Part shown: positions 14,425 through 27,860 of the stretch, one piece after another
How the letters are laid out: every line of letters starts with the position of its first letter
Numbering within the stretch: the stretch's first letter is position 1
Assembly (NCBI RefSeq): GCF_006345805.1
Contig: NC_043013.1
Span: 15,686,001-15,750,000, forward strand
Direction of reading: 5' to 3'
Origin: Octopus sinensis
Taxonomy: Eukaryota
Length of the DNA: 64,000 nt
Made by a program: the position numbers and the translations under genes
Notes under the pieces: model-generated
The model's database searches: none
The model's input: the letters and a program-made list of their open reading frames with translations, nothing else
Told to the model about the DNA's origin: nothing

Positions 14425-14746
14425 AAAATCATAGATGATGAAGATCAACTCATTTGCACCTCAGCTTAAAAAATGGCTACAGATATTTTTTTTAAAATAA
14501 TATATTTACGAAAATAGTGACCTAAAGCGAAATGGACAAGATTCAAATATTATTGATGAAATCTGTTACATATACCCAAGAAAGAATTGCAGCAATGTCT
14601 ATAACATTAGAAAAGTATGCATATCTTAAATAAATCGCTTAGAACCATAACAAATTCTTGGCTGTTATATTTGTGATATTCAGGTGCTAACTCATTTCAT
14701 TAGTTGTCTCTAATAATGTTCAAAGATGAAATTAAAACTAAGACAT
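14425..14746. repeat. Right arm of the approximately 320-bp inverted repeat (partner 9220-9542)
   Basis: Reverse-complement match along the whole length with scattered substitutions. Confidence 0.9.
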
Positions 14747-14818
14747 CAGTAGATGACCATTCTGTCGAGAGAAGTTGTGGAGAACTAGTCCAAGGGCAGT
14801 TCGTATAATTTCCATTGC

Positions 14819-15230
14819 TGGAATCAATTCTTTCTTGTGGTTAAGGAACGAGTTGAATTAGGATCAATGCTGGGTTCAACTTCTTGTGGTTAAAGAAAGA
14901 GATGAACTGGAATCAGTTCCTTCTTGTGGTTAAGGAAAGAGAAGAGCTGTGATCAAAGCCGAGATCAAGTCCTTTTTGTGGCTAAGGAAAGAGATGAGCT
15001 GGGATCAATGCTGAGATCAATTCCTTCCTGCGGCTAAGGAAAAAGATGAGTTGAGATCAAAGCTGAAATCAATTCCTCCTAGTGACTAAGGAAAGAGATA
15101 AGCTGGGATCAATGCTGAGATCAATTCCTTCCTGTAGCTAAGGAAAAGGATGAGCTGAGATCAATACTGAGACCAATTGCTTCCTGTGGCTAAGGAAAGA
15201 AGCGAGCTGTGATCAGTACTGCAATCAATG
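14819..15230. repeat. 52-bp minisatellite, about 8 units
   Basis: (c/t)taagga cores at 14841, 14890, 14930, 14982, 15034, 15086, 15138 and 15190. Confidence 0.9.
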
Positions 15231-15639
15231 GCAAAGGAAAGTAATGAAATGCAATCACGGTTGATATCGTTAATATGAAAACCGAGAATCAAATACGTAC
15301 CAGTACGTAAGTATATTATATAAAACGCATCACGTCCATTGCCATCACATCTACTTTTACATCTAATTAAAAATAGTAATATTAACACTATTAATTAATA
15401 TTAGCAATTAGTACTAATACAGGCCTAATGATTTCAACTCTTACTGCATACGTAATTCGAATTTTAATTAACTTTTTATAGCTTCCTCTCGCTCCAATGC
15501 CTTGACAAGATTTAATTAACTTTAGTCATTAATTCTAAGTTTTTCCCTATAACTGCATCAATAGTTTAATTAACTGAAGTTATTTTGCTCGTTATATTCA
15601 GAATGATAGTACTCACTTAACTATTGTGTTTCATGAGCA

Positions 15640-16345
15640 AGCGTCACTAGGTATTCTCCTTTTAAATAAAGCATATTACTCTACCTCTGGTATTTGAGTA
15701 CTCTTTTTTCCACTTTGTTTCGCATTTATGTGCTTACTCCGGTCTCTTCTCTCTCTTGCCGCTTCTCTTCTTCTATCTCTCTCTCTCTCCCTCTCTCTTC
15801 CTCATCTTCACCACTCCTGGCCACTTCCTTTCGCCTCCTGCTTTCAAGCTGAAAGGACGTGTTCCCTTGCGCTGCTACTACAACATCCTCCGTCTTGCCC
15901 CAAAAAGGCCTTTTCGTTTTGTTTTTCTCGTTTGTTTACTTGTCTTTTGATTTCTCGTATTGTATTTTCTTTTTATTTCTCGTTTTGTATTTTCTTGTAC
16001 GTGTATCTTTATCTTGTATTTTATTTTGCATTTGTATCGTTTTTACGTCCTGCTTTTGTCGCATGTTTTTCTTGTCTGTTTTTGCCCCTATGCGAGGCAA
16101 TTTTATTTTAATTCTCTCGCAATGAAGGACTAGTTGACGAGTCGTGTCCTGTTTTATCCTTCGAAACACGCTTGAGTTAGCTAGAGACAGCTGATGAACT
16201 GGGGATTTTTCCTTGTGTGGTTTGTCCTGTACCTTGTTTTTCTGTTGTAAAAAATAATGTTTTTCCCGTTTCCGTTTCGTCTCTGTTTTTTTGTAGTAAA
16301 AATATGGCTTGTCCGTTTTCGTTTTTCGTTGAGTTCTACGTCTAG
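15640..16345 (+). mobile_element. Possible Penelope-like terminal-repeat fragment
   Basis: Pyrimidine-rich repeat-like block with ttgacgag...cttcgaaacac and gctgatgaa motifs reminiscent of PLE hammerhead remnants; no ORF support. Confidence 0.3.
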
Positions 16346-16471
16346 TTGCAGTGTCCTGTACTCACGTATATATATTTATATATGCATGTATATATATACA
16401 TGTAGATGTAGGTACGTACATATATGTTTGTATGCATGCATATATTTTATTTATTACATTATATATATATG

Positions 16472-16527
<56 letters not shown>

Positions 16528-16549
16528 TATATATACACACATATATATA

Positions 16550-16720
16550 TAACGGGAAGGTTTACGAAAATAAACAAAAGACGAAGGCAGGTGGAGTACA
16601 AACAAATAAATTGTATTAGTATGGCGCCCAGGAATAGAAATAGAACAAGTCTTTTACGTTTCGAGCCTACGCTCTTCGACAGAAAGATACACAGAAAAAA
16701 AACAAGGCGAGAAAAAAATA
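16550..16720 (-). mobile_element. Penelope-like fragment carrying a minimal hammerhead-like motif (16649-16687)
   Basis: Minus strand UCUUU-CUGUCGA-A-GAGC-GUAG-GCUC-GAAA-CG-UA-AAAGA. Confidence 0.45.
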
Positions 16721-17356
16721 TATAAGAGGAATGACCACTAAGAGGACATCCATTATGCTAGAAATCGAAACTCTATGGTCTTATCACTAAGAAAGGAATG
16801 TTCTCAAGAAAATTTATCAAACGCCAAAACGTAAGAGTGTAAGACAAATGAAAAGATAAAAAATATAAAGATTAATCACAAACTAATTTCGTTGTTACCA
16901 CTTACGTAATCACTTACGTAGATGTACGCAACTCGTCAGTGTGATCGTCATAGCAAAATATAATTTGCAGAAATATACATGAGACGTCCGCATGAGATTG
17001 AATATGTATATAGTTCTACCAATTACATTTGGGATTATATTTCAAAAGTCTTCGTTTTTGCGCGCCAAAATACTGGAAATAATTCTGCAGAAAATAATTC
17101 TGTGCAGTGAATTTTGCCGGTTAGAGAACATAATTATTTCAAATCAAATTTAAAATAATAAGGGTGAAAAATTGAATATTAATTTGATTAATATCAATTT
17201 AAAACCAGTGGTCTAGTATATAGAAAAATCTGAAGATTCAGAAAAATTATATTACATAAATATACTACATAGATATATTACATACATATATTCAATTTTT
17301 CACACTTATTATTTTAAATTTAAATAACTGTTCTCTACGATCTAAATTATATAAAT

Positions 17357-17473
<117 letters not shown>

Positions 17474-17481
17474 ATATATAT

Positions 17482-17640
17482 ACGACGGGCTTCTTTCAGT
17501 TTCCGTCTACCAAATCCACTCACAAGGCTTGGTAGGCCCGAGGCTTCAGTAGAAGACACTTGCCCAAGGTCTCACACAGTGGGACTGAACCCGGAACCAT
17601 GTGGTTGGTAAGCAAGCTACTTACCACACAACCACTCCTA
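17482..17640 (-). mobile_element. SINE family A 5' half ending in an expanded (TA)n(TG)n tract (17360-17481)
   Basis: acgacgggcttctttcagtttccgtctaccaaatccactcacaagg...gggactgaacccggaaccatgtggttgg. Confidence 0.85.
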
Positions 17641-17654
17641 CGCCTATATATATA

Positions 17655-17700
<46 letters not shown>

Positions 17701-17811
17701 TATATATATATAAATATATATATATACACACACATATATATATATATAATGTATATATATATATACATATATATATAATGTTATATATATATATATATAT
17801 ATATGCAGATA

Positions 17812-18177
17812 TACTCTTTTACTCTTTACTCTTTTACTTGTTTCAGTTATTTGACTGCGGCCATGCTGGAGCCTTTAATCGAGCAACTCGACCCCGGGAC
17901 TTATTCTTTTGTAAGCCCAGTACTTATTCTATCGGTCTCTTTTGCCGAACCGCTAAGTAACGGGGACATAAACACACCAGCATCGGTTGTCAAGCAATGC
18001 TAGGGGGACAAACACAGACACACAAACGCATATATATACATATATACGACGGGCTTCTTTCAGTTACCGTCTACCAAATCCACTCACAAGGCTTTGGTCG
18101 GCCCGAGGCTATAGTAGAAAACGCTTGCCCAAGGTGCCACGCAGTGGGACTGAACCCGGAACCATGTGGTTGGTAAA
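17812..18177 (-). mobile_element. Near full-length SINE family A
   Basis: Head, internal CA/TA tract and 3' half all present; flanked by (TA)n. Confidence 0.85.
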
Positions 18178-18180
18178 CAA

Positions 18181-18219
<39 letters not shown>

Positions 18220-18240
18220 TATATATAATATATATATTAT

Positions 18241-18279
<39 letters not shown>

Positions 18280-18285
<6 letters not shown>

Positions 18286-19060
18286 AATTTTCATAAATAC
18301 TTTCGAAGATATCTATAATATTTATGTAAGTAATAATGACTAATTTATTTGTTATTTATACGTTTATTGATAGAAAAAATATGGATTTTAATTACTATAT
18401 TTGCTGATTATAATTTACATACTTATTTATATATATTTATTATTTCATAATTATTATATATGAACTAAAATTTAAAAATATTAAGAGTGATTGTTTGTTA
18501 AATAGTTTGGTAATTAAATATAAGAGTATACCTAGGTTAAAGATATTCTATAGTATATTAATGTTTTTTATTAAGCTAATTTATATCTTCACAGATAAAT
18601 ACATTTTTCTATATATTTACTCTATTTTTTTACCTTAAATATATAACACAATAAATGTATAGTAGGCAACTGGTCCTAATGTTTTAAGTTTCAAATTTAG
18701 TTAATAGAGTTTCTTCTATAAGAAAAATCATTATTTTATTATTTATTTAACTATTATTGATATTATTGTTAACCTGAAGAGTGACTATAATTTTAAATTG
18801 AATTTATTTTCGATTAAATCTAATTTAATTGTAATTCGAATTTTCCTATAGCCATGAAACGTACGTAGTTTTTTTACTTATATATTGATTATTCATTTTT
18901 ATATATTTTGTGTTCTAGTTATATGTAAAAAAAAAATTATTTTTATTTATTTATGATTTGGTCTATGTTTATCATTGCTTGAATTGTATAATAGCGGTTT
19001 TTCTCTATTTTATGTATTATATTATATTATGAAATTTGATTTAAATTGAATTTTGTCCTG
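18280..19060 (+). mobile_element. Very AT-rich segment, probable Penelope-like element end with hammerhead motif
   Basis: Stop-free stretch of about 79 codons (about 18414-18650) including IYELKFKNIKSDCLLN, followed by a complete hammerhead core at 18774-18867. Confidence 0.4.
18771..18870 (+). ncRNA. Type I hammerhead ribozyme-like motif
   Basis: AAC-CUGAAGA-GUGACUAUA...UAUAGCCAU-GAAA-CGUACG-UA|GUU: all core nucleotides present, 9-bp stem II base, palindromic stem III, only 3-bp stem I. Confidence 0.5.
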
Positions 19061-19089
19061 TAAGTTTGGAGTTATACTCTCTATTATTA

Positions 19090-19820
<731 letters not shown>

Positions 19821-21343
19821 TTATCACTTTTGTGAAATTTTGTCAGCGAACAAGTCGCGTTTTCAAAGCGACGAAAATATGACACAAATGAAGTTTTAAT
19901 GTTGAAGTGAAACTAATGGTATTTGTGTTCTTGAATGATTTACAAACATCTTCCATGCTGCAATCGGTTTTTTGCCTCAGCACACGATCTCAGATCAAGT
20001 CACTTGCTATGCAAGTACATCTCCGTAATTTTTTTTAAATCACTGTGAATATATGCCAGCAATGACCTTCTCAGTCTCTCCAATATTTTAATTTCTAAAC
20101 AAACAATCGGGGACAGGAAGTAGAGTTGCAAAAAATTCATAATTTCTCAAATTTTTTTTTATAACATATACGTGTATTTATGAGGGAAAATATTGAAAAA
20201 CATTAGTACATACAAGAGTGATAAAGAAACGATGTGGTTTGTCTTTGGATGTGCTAGGAAAAATAGCTAAATCGCCCTTAAATCACTTTTCCCACTGAAA
20301 ATATTAACATTAAATTTTTTTTACCGAAAATGCTCTTTCCATGGTTTTGAAGTGCAAAAAAACAGAAAAAAAAATTGGCCAAAATAGGTCCAGAGTGGGA
20401 TGATAAGGGAGTGGGGGTGTAAAAAAAGATTTTTCAAAACTTTTCATGCAAAGATTCCACAACCCCATCATTTCGAAGGCTGTCGTTTAAAAAAAATGGG
20501 GAAGATCCCCGAAAACTTTTCTCCACAAATTTCTTTATAATCGTAATCTATGCTGTTTGAAAGGGATTTATATAAATTTTCATTAAAAGATATCCATCTT
20601 CCTGAAAGTTACGAGGGTAAAAAGTCAGATGTGAATTTTCTGAAACTCCCCTCTCCACCTCCTCGCAAAAATTCTTTCCCATAAATCCCTATATACTCTG
20701 AAGTCACAACATCTACGGAGTATTTATAGAAACTTTTGTTAAAAAGTATCCATTTTTCTGGATGTTATGAGGCAACAAACTCAGAGGGCGTATACATCTG
20801 TAGTAATGCCCTTTTATTTGTGCGGGGTTTTCATTTCATTCATTGTTTGCAAAGTTCTCTCTCTCTCACACACAAACACACAAACGCACACACTGCAAAG
20901 CTTACAGATGGGCTGCTGAATTGAAATTTCTATGTTGCTTTGAGGGGAAGGTAAAGCTTGACAAACTGGTTCTCCTTCTGTTTTTGGACTACCGTGAGCA
21001 CTATCATACAAAGAAATAATTAGACGTAAAATATAAAAATTATTAGAAACGGGAATCAAATGTGAAAATATTAATAAGGGGGGGCTAGCAGAAAACCACC
21101 CGGAGGGCGGTCTTTCTCCAAGTATATATAATTTATATATATATATATGGGTGTGTATATATATATGGGTGTGTATATATGTGTGTGTGTGTGTGTATAA
21201 CCAATAACCCAGCATTGCTAGAAATAGGAGTCAAACGGCTCAAGAACCACAGTAAGTCACTTATACACACTGGTGAATTTGAGGTAACGAATATATAACC
21301 ACTTATCATTTTTTATCATAATACCTTCATATATTTATTTATA

Positions 21344-21600
21344 TACGTAGAGGTGCCCAAAAGCAACCGGAAACGTTCTCTGTGGGACAAGCCCTTTTTA
21401 GTTCAGTCTTCCGCCGCCAGACGTCACTTGATGTGACACTCTGCTATCTGTCTGCCGACCCTCGTCGTCGGATATAGTCAAACTATCACGTGGTATATCT
21501 TTGTTTTGCAGTGCTTCTCTCTTGTTTGGCAATTTTTGCGATGGCTGAAACGAAGAAACGGACTGTCGTGAAATTCTGTTTTCTGCTGAGGAATTCTCAC
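21344..21600 (+). mobile_element. mariner 5' fragment
   Basis: TA-started TIR-like tacgtagaggtgcccaaaagcaaccggaa and ATG at 21541 giving MAETKKRTVVKFCFLLRNS, like mariner N-termini (QR.VIKFCF.LGK). Confidence 0.6.
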
Positions 21601-21665
21601 ATCTAAATTTGTAGTAGCTGATATTTTGCCTGCTAAATCCCCTTTAAGGTTTTTCCAAACAAAAT

Positions 21666-22062
21666 TGCGGCTATGTGATAAGATGTTTGCTTCTCAACCA
21701 TATGGTTCCAGGTTCACTCCCACCCCATGACACATTGAGCAAGCGTCTTCTAGTATAGCCTCGGGCCGACCAAAGCCTTGTGAGTAGATTTGGTAGACGG
21801 AAACTGTAAGAAGCCTGTCGTATAAATATATATGTATGCATATATTTGTATTTTTGTTTTTCTGTCTCCCCTCTCCACCATCGCTTGAGAAACGATGTTG
21901 GTGTATTTAAGTCACCGTAATCTAGCAGTTCAGCAAAAGAAACCGATAGAATATGTAGTAGGCTTACAAAGAATGAGTTCAAGATCAATTTATTCGACTA
22001 AAGCCCTCTAAGGCGCTGCTCCAGCATGGCCACAGTCAAATGACTGAAACAGGTAAAAGAAT
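21666..22062 (+). mobile_element. SINE family A, full length, diverged
   Basis: Collinear with 17812-18177; ends ccagcatggccacagtcaaatgactgaaacaggtaaaaga. Confidence 0.85.
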
Positions 22063-22077
22063 ATATATATATATAAA

Positions 22078-22480
22078 GTTAATGAGAGGGTCATAGTCCA
22101 ACTACTTAGGGAGAAAGTTAGTCTAAATGAGATGCAGTTTGGTTTTATGCACCACTGATGATAAACCTCTGTACTTGGCTTGGAGAAAGTCTTCGACAGG
22201 GTCCCCGAATCCCTTATCTAGTTGTCAATGCGGAAACTAGGGATGGACGAGTGGTTGGTGCGAACTGTACAAGCCATTTACAAGGACGCTGTCAGTAAGT
22301 CGAGGGTTATAAAGAGTATAGCGAAGAATTCAGGGCACGGGCATCCAGCCGTAGGAACCATGCCAAATCAGAATGGAGTCTGGTGCAATCTTCCAGCTTA
22401 CCAGCCCTGGTCAAACCGTCCAACCCATGCCAGCATGGACAATGGACGTTAAATGAAGACGACGATGATGATGATTCGCT
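22078..22480 (+). mobile_element. Internally deleted RTE-clade LINE (RT fragment plus 3' end with (GAT)n tail)
   Basis: ERVIVQLLREKVSLNEMQFGFM..KPLYLA..EKVFDRVP..SMRKLGMDEWLVRTVQAIYKDAVSK; 3' gggcatccagccgtag...ggacgttaaatgaagacgacgatgatgatg. Confidence 0.8.
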
Positions 22481-22839
22481 TTACGTATGTGTTTTTATGC
22501 AACTTAATATTTGTGTGTGTATACTCGCTGAAATGTTTTGCATGGTACCGGTTAAATTATGTTGTGGTGGGTGACAGGTCAAGTGTCAGCAAAGAAATTG
22601 TAGATCTTTGCCAAGTTGAAAGCGATTGCGATGACCACACCTTTCTACAGAGTCTGTTGCTGAGGCTACATTCAAGACATTTGATTGGCTGAATTCTTTT
22701 CCAAAACCCTTCCACTGTTGTGACCGAAGTGTATTTCTTCTCCGATTCTGTGGTTCAATCGGCTGCAGCCTATTTTATCGTCATAGAAGCCAAGTACCCG
22801 ATGACATGACAGATAATGAATAAAATTATTTTTACTCTA

Positions 22840-23035
22840 AACACAGAGCCTGAAATTTGGGTTGGGGTGGGGAAGAAAGCCTAGTCGTTTACATCGACCC
22901 CAGTGCTCAGCTGGAGCTTAGATTATTAATCCTGAAAGGACAAAAGGCAAAGCCGACCGTGGCGGAATTTGAACTCAGAGCGAAATGCCACTGAGCGTTT
23001 TCTCCGCTGTACTAACGATTCTGCCAGCTCCCTGC
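22840..23035 (-). mobile_element. SINE family B
   Basis: acatcgaccccagtgctcagctgg...caaagccgaccgtggcggaatttgaactcag. Confidence 0.75.
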
Positions 23036-23614
23036 TTTATGGATAATAAATAATATGCCATGCTATTAAAACATGTGTAGCACGAATTGAACTACTATCG
23101 TTTATTTTACTCCTTTTATGTGTTAGTGTGCGTGTATGCATGTATAAATGTTTATATATTTATGCATCTATCTGTATACGTACATGCAAACACACACACA
23201 CACAAAGTAACATCCTCCACACTCAAAGAATGTATGCTGCCTGCTTCGGGGGGAATGGGTGACCTTTTTTGGTGTGGAAACTGTCGACATAGATAAATTA
23301 ACAATGAATTTAAGGTGAGACAGTAAGTGAAACGTGCATCGTTTGCTTACAGACAAACTAAATTAAGAAGAATTGTAAAGTTGGCAGCCACTGCACGCAA
23401 GCTAGAGTGGTGATGATTCAATTGCTTTCTGGTGACTCAGAATGGTATTGAACTTGACATTGATGAATTCCACCTTGGTGTGGCTCCTCGTGTGACTTCG
23501 GACGTGCAACCAAATATTAAGTTGTAGGTTTAGTCAAGCCATTGATCCAAATGCAGCTCCAGAAATAGATCGTTGTGTCGATCCGATTCTGAGAGATGCA
23601 TCGATACATGAATC

Positions 23615-24130
23615 TATGTAAGAGGTGATATCAAAAAGTTCCTGGACTGGTTCTGTGGCGCACCAGTGAGAGCTAGAAGTGACCTTAATGAGGCAGTGTG
23701 CTGAGTGACACACTGTTTACTTCGCAAGTTTGTGATGACGTGTATGCTGTTGTCTGCGACCTTTGTCATGGACAGGAAGTTGGAACAAAGAACTTGAAAT
23801 TTTGCGTTAAACTTGGGAAGTCTATTACAGAGGCATTGAGCATGCTTACGGCGAATAGGCAATGGGCTGTGTGCAATGTTTCAAGTGGTACAGGCGCTCC
23901 AAAAGCGGAAGAATGTCCATGGAAGACCTGTCACCCCCAGAAATGTGGAGAAAATTCATCAGCTTGTGCATGAGGATAGTTGGAAGACAATGGTTTGGAT
24001 CATTTGAGGGAGGACATTCGGTGAGAGCGACTGGATCTGTGGAGCGCGAAGAATTGGTTTCTTCACGATGATAATATACCGTCACCGAGCTTTCCTCACT
24101 CGCCAGACTTAGTACCTGCAGACTTCCATT
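23615..24130 (+). mobile_element. Internally deleted mariner (DD34D-type) relic
   Basis: MDRKLEQR..KFCVKLGKSITEALSML; CFKWYRRSKSGRMSMED; NWFLHDDN; SPDLVPADF; TIR-like start agaggtgatatcaaaaagttcctggactg. Confidence 0.8.
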
Positions 24131-25099
24131 GAAGAGATCCTTTTTTTTTAACCCCCGTTATATGGGTTACTTTCGGCCCTTTGTCTTTTAAGTTACTAGG
24201 CGATCTTCCCTGGTGCTGCTACCACGAATAACGCACCCAGTACATTCTGTTAAGGGGAGCATTGAGATATAGAAGACACTGGAGTATGACAGTCAAATCC
24301 TGCCAAAGCAGATACTGGAACACGACAGAGCCAGATCCCACCAAACCATCCAACCTCTACTGTTAAGATTTCTCTCTCATCTATTCAAACTCAGTAAGTA
24401 CAAAAAAGAACACACCAACCACTGGTCCATGGCGTTCTGTGCAAGGACACTCAACCGAAAATCGGTGAAATAAAACTTGATCACTTTTAAGGATTAATTA
24501 CTGTATTTACCAGTAAATAAGGCATGCTTTTAAAATTTTTAACGGGTATAAAAATTGCAGTGCGTCTAATGCGACTGTAATACCGATGGGAGATCATGCA
24601 CCAGAGATGAGGGAGCTAGGTAAACAGAAATTAGTTGCGTACAATAACTTTTACAAATACGAAAACAAGCCAAAATATCAAAGATTGTTAGCACAAACTT
24701 ATAAGAACTTGTATACAGTCAGTTCATTGGAAGTCAGGTGTTAAGGTTATATCTCATTATATCTTCTTCCCCAGCATATACAACCCATGCATAATGTATA
24801 TCGTATATTATTTAATGACTTTTAAGAAAGTATTTCAAAATTATCTAAATGAAAACTTCTAGAAACATGGAAAGGCTTAAATTTTCATTTGCTTCTCAGC
24901 TATTTGTAATGAGGGGATGACAACAAAACATTAGTGATGGTGCACTGCCCTAGTGGCTGACGGCAGTAATGCAAAACATCATTGCTAGAAAAAGAGGTTT
25001 TCATCATGTGATAATTCTTTTCACCAAAATATAGAACATCTACAAAGTTGATCTGAAAGAAGATAAAAGTGAAATGCAGCTCATTTATGATAAATCGAT

Positions 25100-27860
25100 A
25101 GTTTCTTACTTTATTCCAGTATAAAGTCACAATATTGTATTTACATAAACAGGATCATATTTCACCCCCTTACAAAACCACATTAAAGAATCTTTCAATA
25201 TACGTATGATGAAACAGACGAGATATAATATATATATTTTTAATAAATTTTCTTGTAATGTAGGGGTGCATCATCCACACCAGCAAATATGGCATTTTCT
25301 CACGTAAAATGCTTGGGTTTAAAGGCTCTGTTAGGAAATATATTTTGAAATCAAACTTTACTTTTGTAAATCAGATGAGTGAATCACATAAACCAATAAG
25401 TTAATTTCTAACCAATTTTCAGTAAATCAGATAACACACACTGAGATGTTTAGGAAAAAAAAAACATGTTTATAGTATTTAGTCACAACAATCTCATTAA
25501 AATATTAATCGAAGCTGACTAAAGCAAGAAACGAGCTGTCAGAACCAGTAAATTGGAGACAAATGACTCCCTAGCAGGCCCAAAGGAACAATTATATAGG
25601 ACCAGACATATGCTATCTGAACAGTTCATATATTACCACCACCAATGCTATAGTGTGTTTATAGCCAAGGCAATCATATCTTAACTACAAATAGGTAACA
25701 TTTGAAAAGTAACATGGTTCACATCAACAACTGGGTGAACCGGGTTCTAGGACACTGTACAGTACTAATGACAAAGTCTGAAATAGAAACTATTCCATTA
25801 GTTAATCACAGAAATTGCTGATCTCACCTGTCAGACATACACAGTAGAAACATTAATTAGCTAATGATCTTCAAACTTGTTTTACAGAAAAGCATACAAA
25901 AAAAAGCAACAAAAGAAGCAAAAACAATAAAAAAAGCAACCCCAAATCTAATCAAATGTTTTTATTTGACAAGAAAGGTCATTTTCACATGGATGAATGG
26001 CAATATGCCAAATAAAAACGCACAAAAAAAACCAAATGATCTCCAATACATGTGTTAACCAGTCAGTTGCTAGATGACAGACATTAAGGAGATGAAAGAC
26101 TATTGTGAAGCACTGACGATACAACCCCAGATTCTTGCCCCCACATTAGATTGGCAGTTCCAGCAGAAGATTAAACCAGAGTGTTTCATCAGAGTCAGAG
26201 TGGCAGTTCTTCAACAACTGAAACTGGAAGATTGTAGGCAAGTTTCAACATAGAACATTACAGTTGAATTACAGGGAAAAATGGAGAAAATTATTTGCAG
26301 AGTTAATTTGGTTAGCATTGCCATTAGTTAAAGTCTGAAATTAAATAAGCAAAACTGTAATGGTACAGCAACCAATAAAATGATTTGTCCAGGCTCCTCA
26401 ACATTGGAAATGGAATTTTGTTTATTTTTGTTGGTTCATATTTAGAAATAACAGAGAGAGGAGTGAGAGAGAGAGAGAGAGAAGGAGAGAGAGTGAGTGA
26501 GAGAGAGAAAGAGAAAAGAGGGCATTATATATACATATATATAACATATCTTGGAAAAGATAAACCATTTCCTCAATACTCAGTGACATTTTTCAAACAT
26601 TCTATTGCTATTGAGGCCAGTTGACACAAATATCAAACTGCAACATAAATTTGGGAGTTCCATAGTAATTATGATTCCAGGCATTGTACAATGATAAAAA
26701 TGAAATAAACTGTTGGAAATGACAGCCAGTGAATAAAAGATCATTTCAGTTTGCATCTGCTTCTCTTCCCTCCCCCCCTCTCTCTCTCCTCTCTAAATAG
26801 ATGTATTGACTAGGCACAGGCCTCTATTTAGAGTGGATGATCAACTTTTAAGTATATTAGTCATATACATATATTTGGGACTGATATACCCAAAAGGGAT
26901 GACGGGTAAAGTCAACAATAACAAAGTATTTAACAGTATTTACTTGAATCTTCCCTCCATATAAGACGATATAGCATTGTTGAAGAGGAGAAGCAAGTAA
27001 AGAAATATAAGGTTTTTCAATGTCGTAGCAGTAGTATTGCTTCACACATGGACTCTGGCCCCCATCATTACATTAGACATGACTAACATTATAACGAATG
27101 TTAATGAGTAAAACTAACTAGTACAAAATGATGAGTATCAGAAATGGACAATGGAATAGCTTTAACTAATACAAAGATTGCATCCATTTTCGTTTAATGG
27201 TGGTGGAGGCGATGGTGCTAAGGAGAGGGATCCTTTTCTACATTGCAATCTGTCTGTTGATAATTATCTAAATTCAATGATAAATTACCTGTTTTCAGAC
27301 GCACTCACACAATCTCAGGTTATCTTATAAGAGAGCTTACAGCATTCTGCTGTAATGAATAGGAGAAAAAACAAATGCACACACAAAAAAAAAACACAGA
27401 ACAAATCTAAGAAGAGAGGTAAAAAATAACAACAGCAATAACAACATCACAAAAATGAATGAGATGGGAGCAAGTGATTTTGACAAAGAAGGGGAGAAAG
27501 TCTGAATTTAATGACCAGTTTGACATTGACATTACGTAGTGTGGTTATTTACTAACAACCGAGAAGTCATCACTGTACATGTTCAGTAAAGAAAGTAAAG
27601 TAATGAGACAGGTTCAACCTGCATCTCATTAGAATATTTTTTCTGTCTTTAAACAAGAGAAACCACTTCATCGACAGAAATAGAGTAGAGATTGTATAAA
27701 TTAAGATGGCTAAATTGGGATTTTAGAGTGTCTCTTTTTTATTTGTTATTTACTTTTATATATCATTTTTTTCTTCTTTTTTTTTGCATTCTGGTGTTGT
27801 CCCCTTTGACTATGTTTTTAGACAACCGGAAATAATAAAAAAAGTCAATGTCTTAAATTA
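25100..27860 (-). other. Putative long 3' UTR of the GPATCH8-like gene (end undefined)
   Basis: Follows the stop codon; transposon-free, U-rich on the minus strand and CpG-poor; AATAAA candidates near 25961 and 25109; no transcript evidence. Confidence 0.35.

Noticed and set aside
14819-15230. CRISPR-like regular array (also 51224-51486)
   Set aside because: No unique spacers of constant length, no cas genes, eukaryotic context; these are ordinary tandem repeats
16128-16190. Third hammerhead-like motif (UUGACGAG...CGAAACAC)
   Set aside because: C3 is mutated and I could not find a register giving stem I, stem III and a valid UH triplet together; at best a decayed remnant
18280-19060. Possible mitochondrial insertion (NUMT)
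   Set aside because: No recognisable mitochondrial protein, rRNA or tRNA motif; the hammerhead core fits a Penelope-like origin better
23220-23295. ctcaaaga...ggaaactgtc hammerhead-like spacing
   Set aside because: Core too degenerate and no stem II pairing
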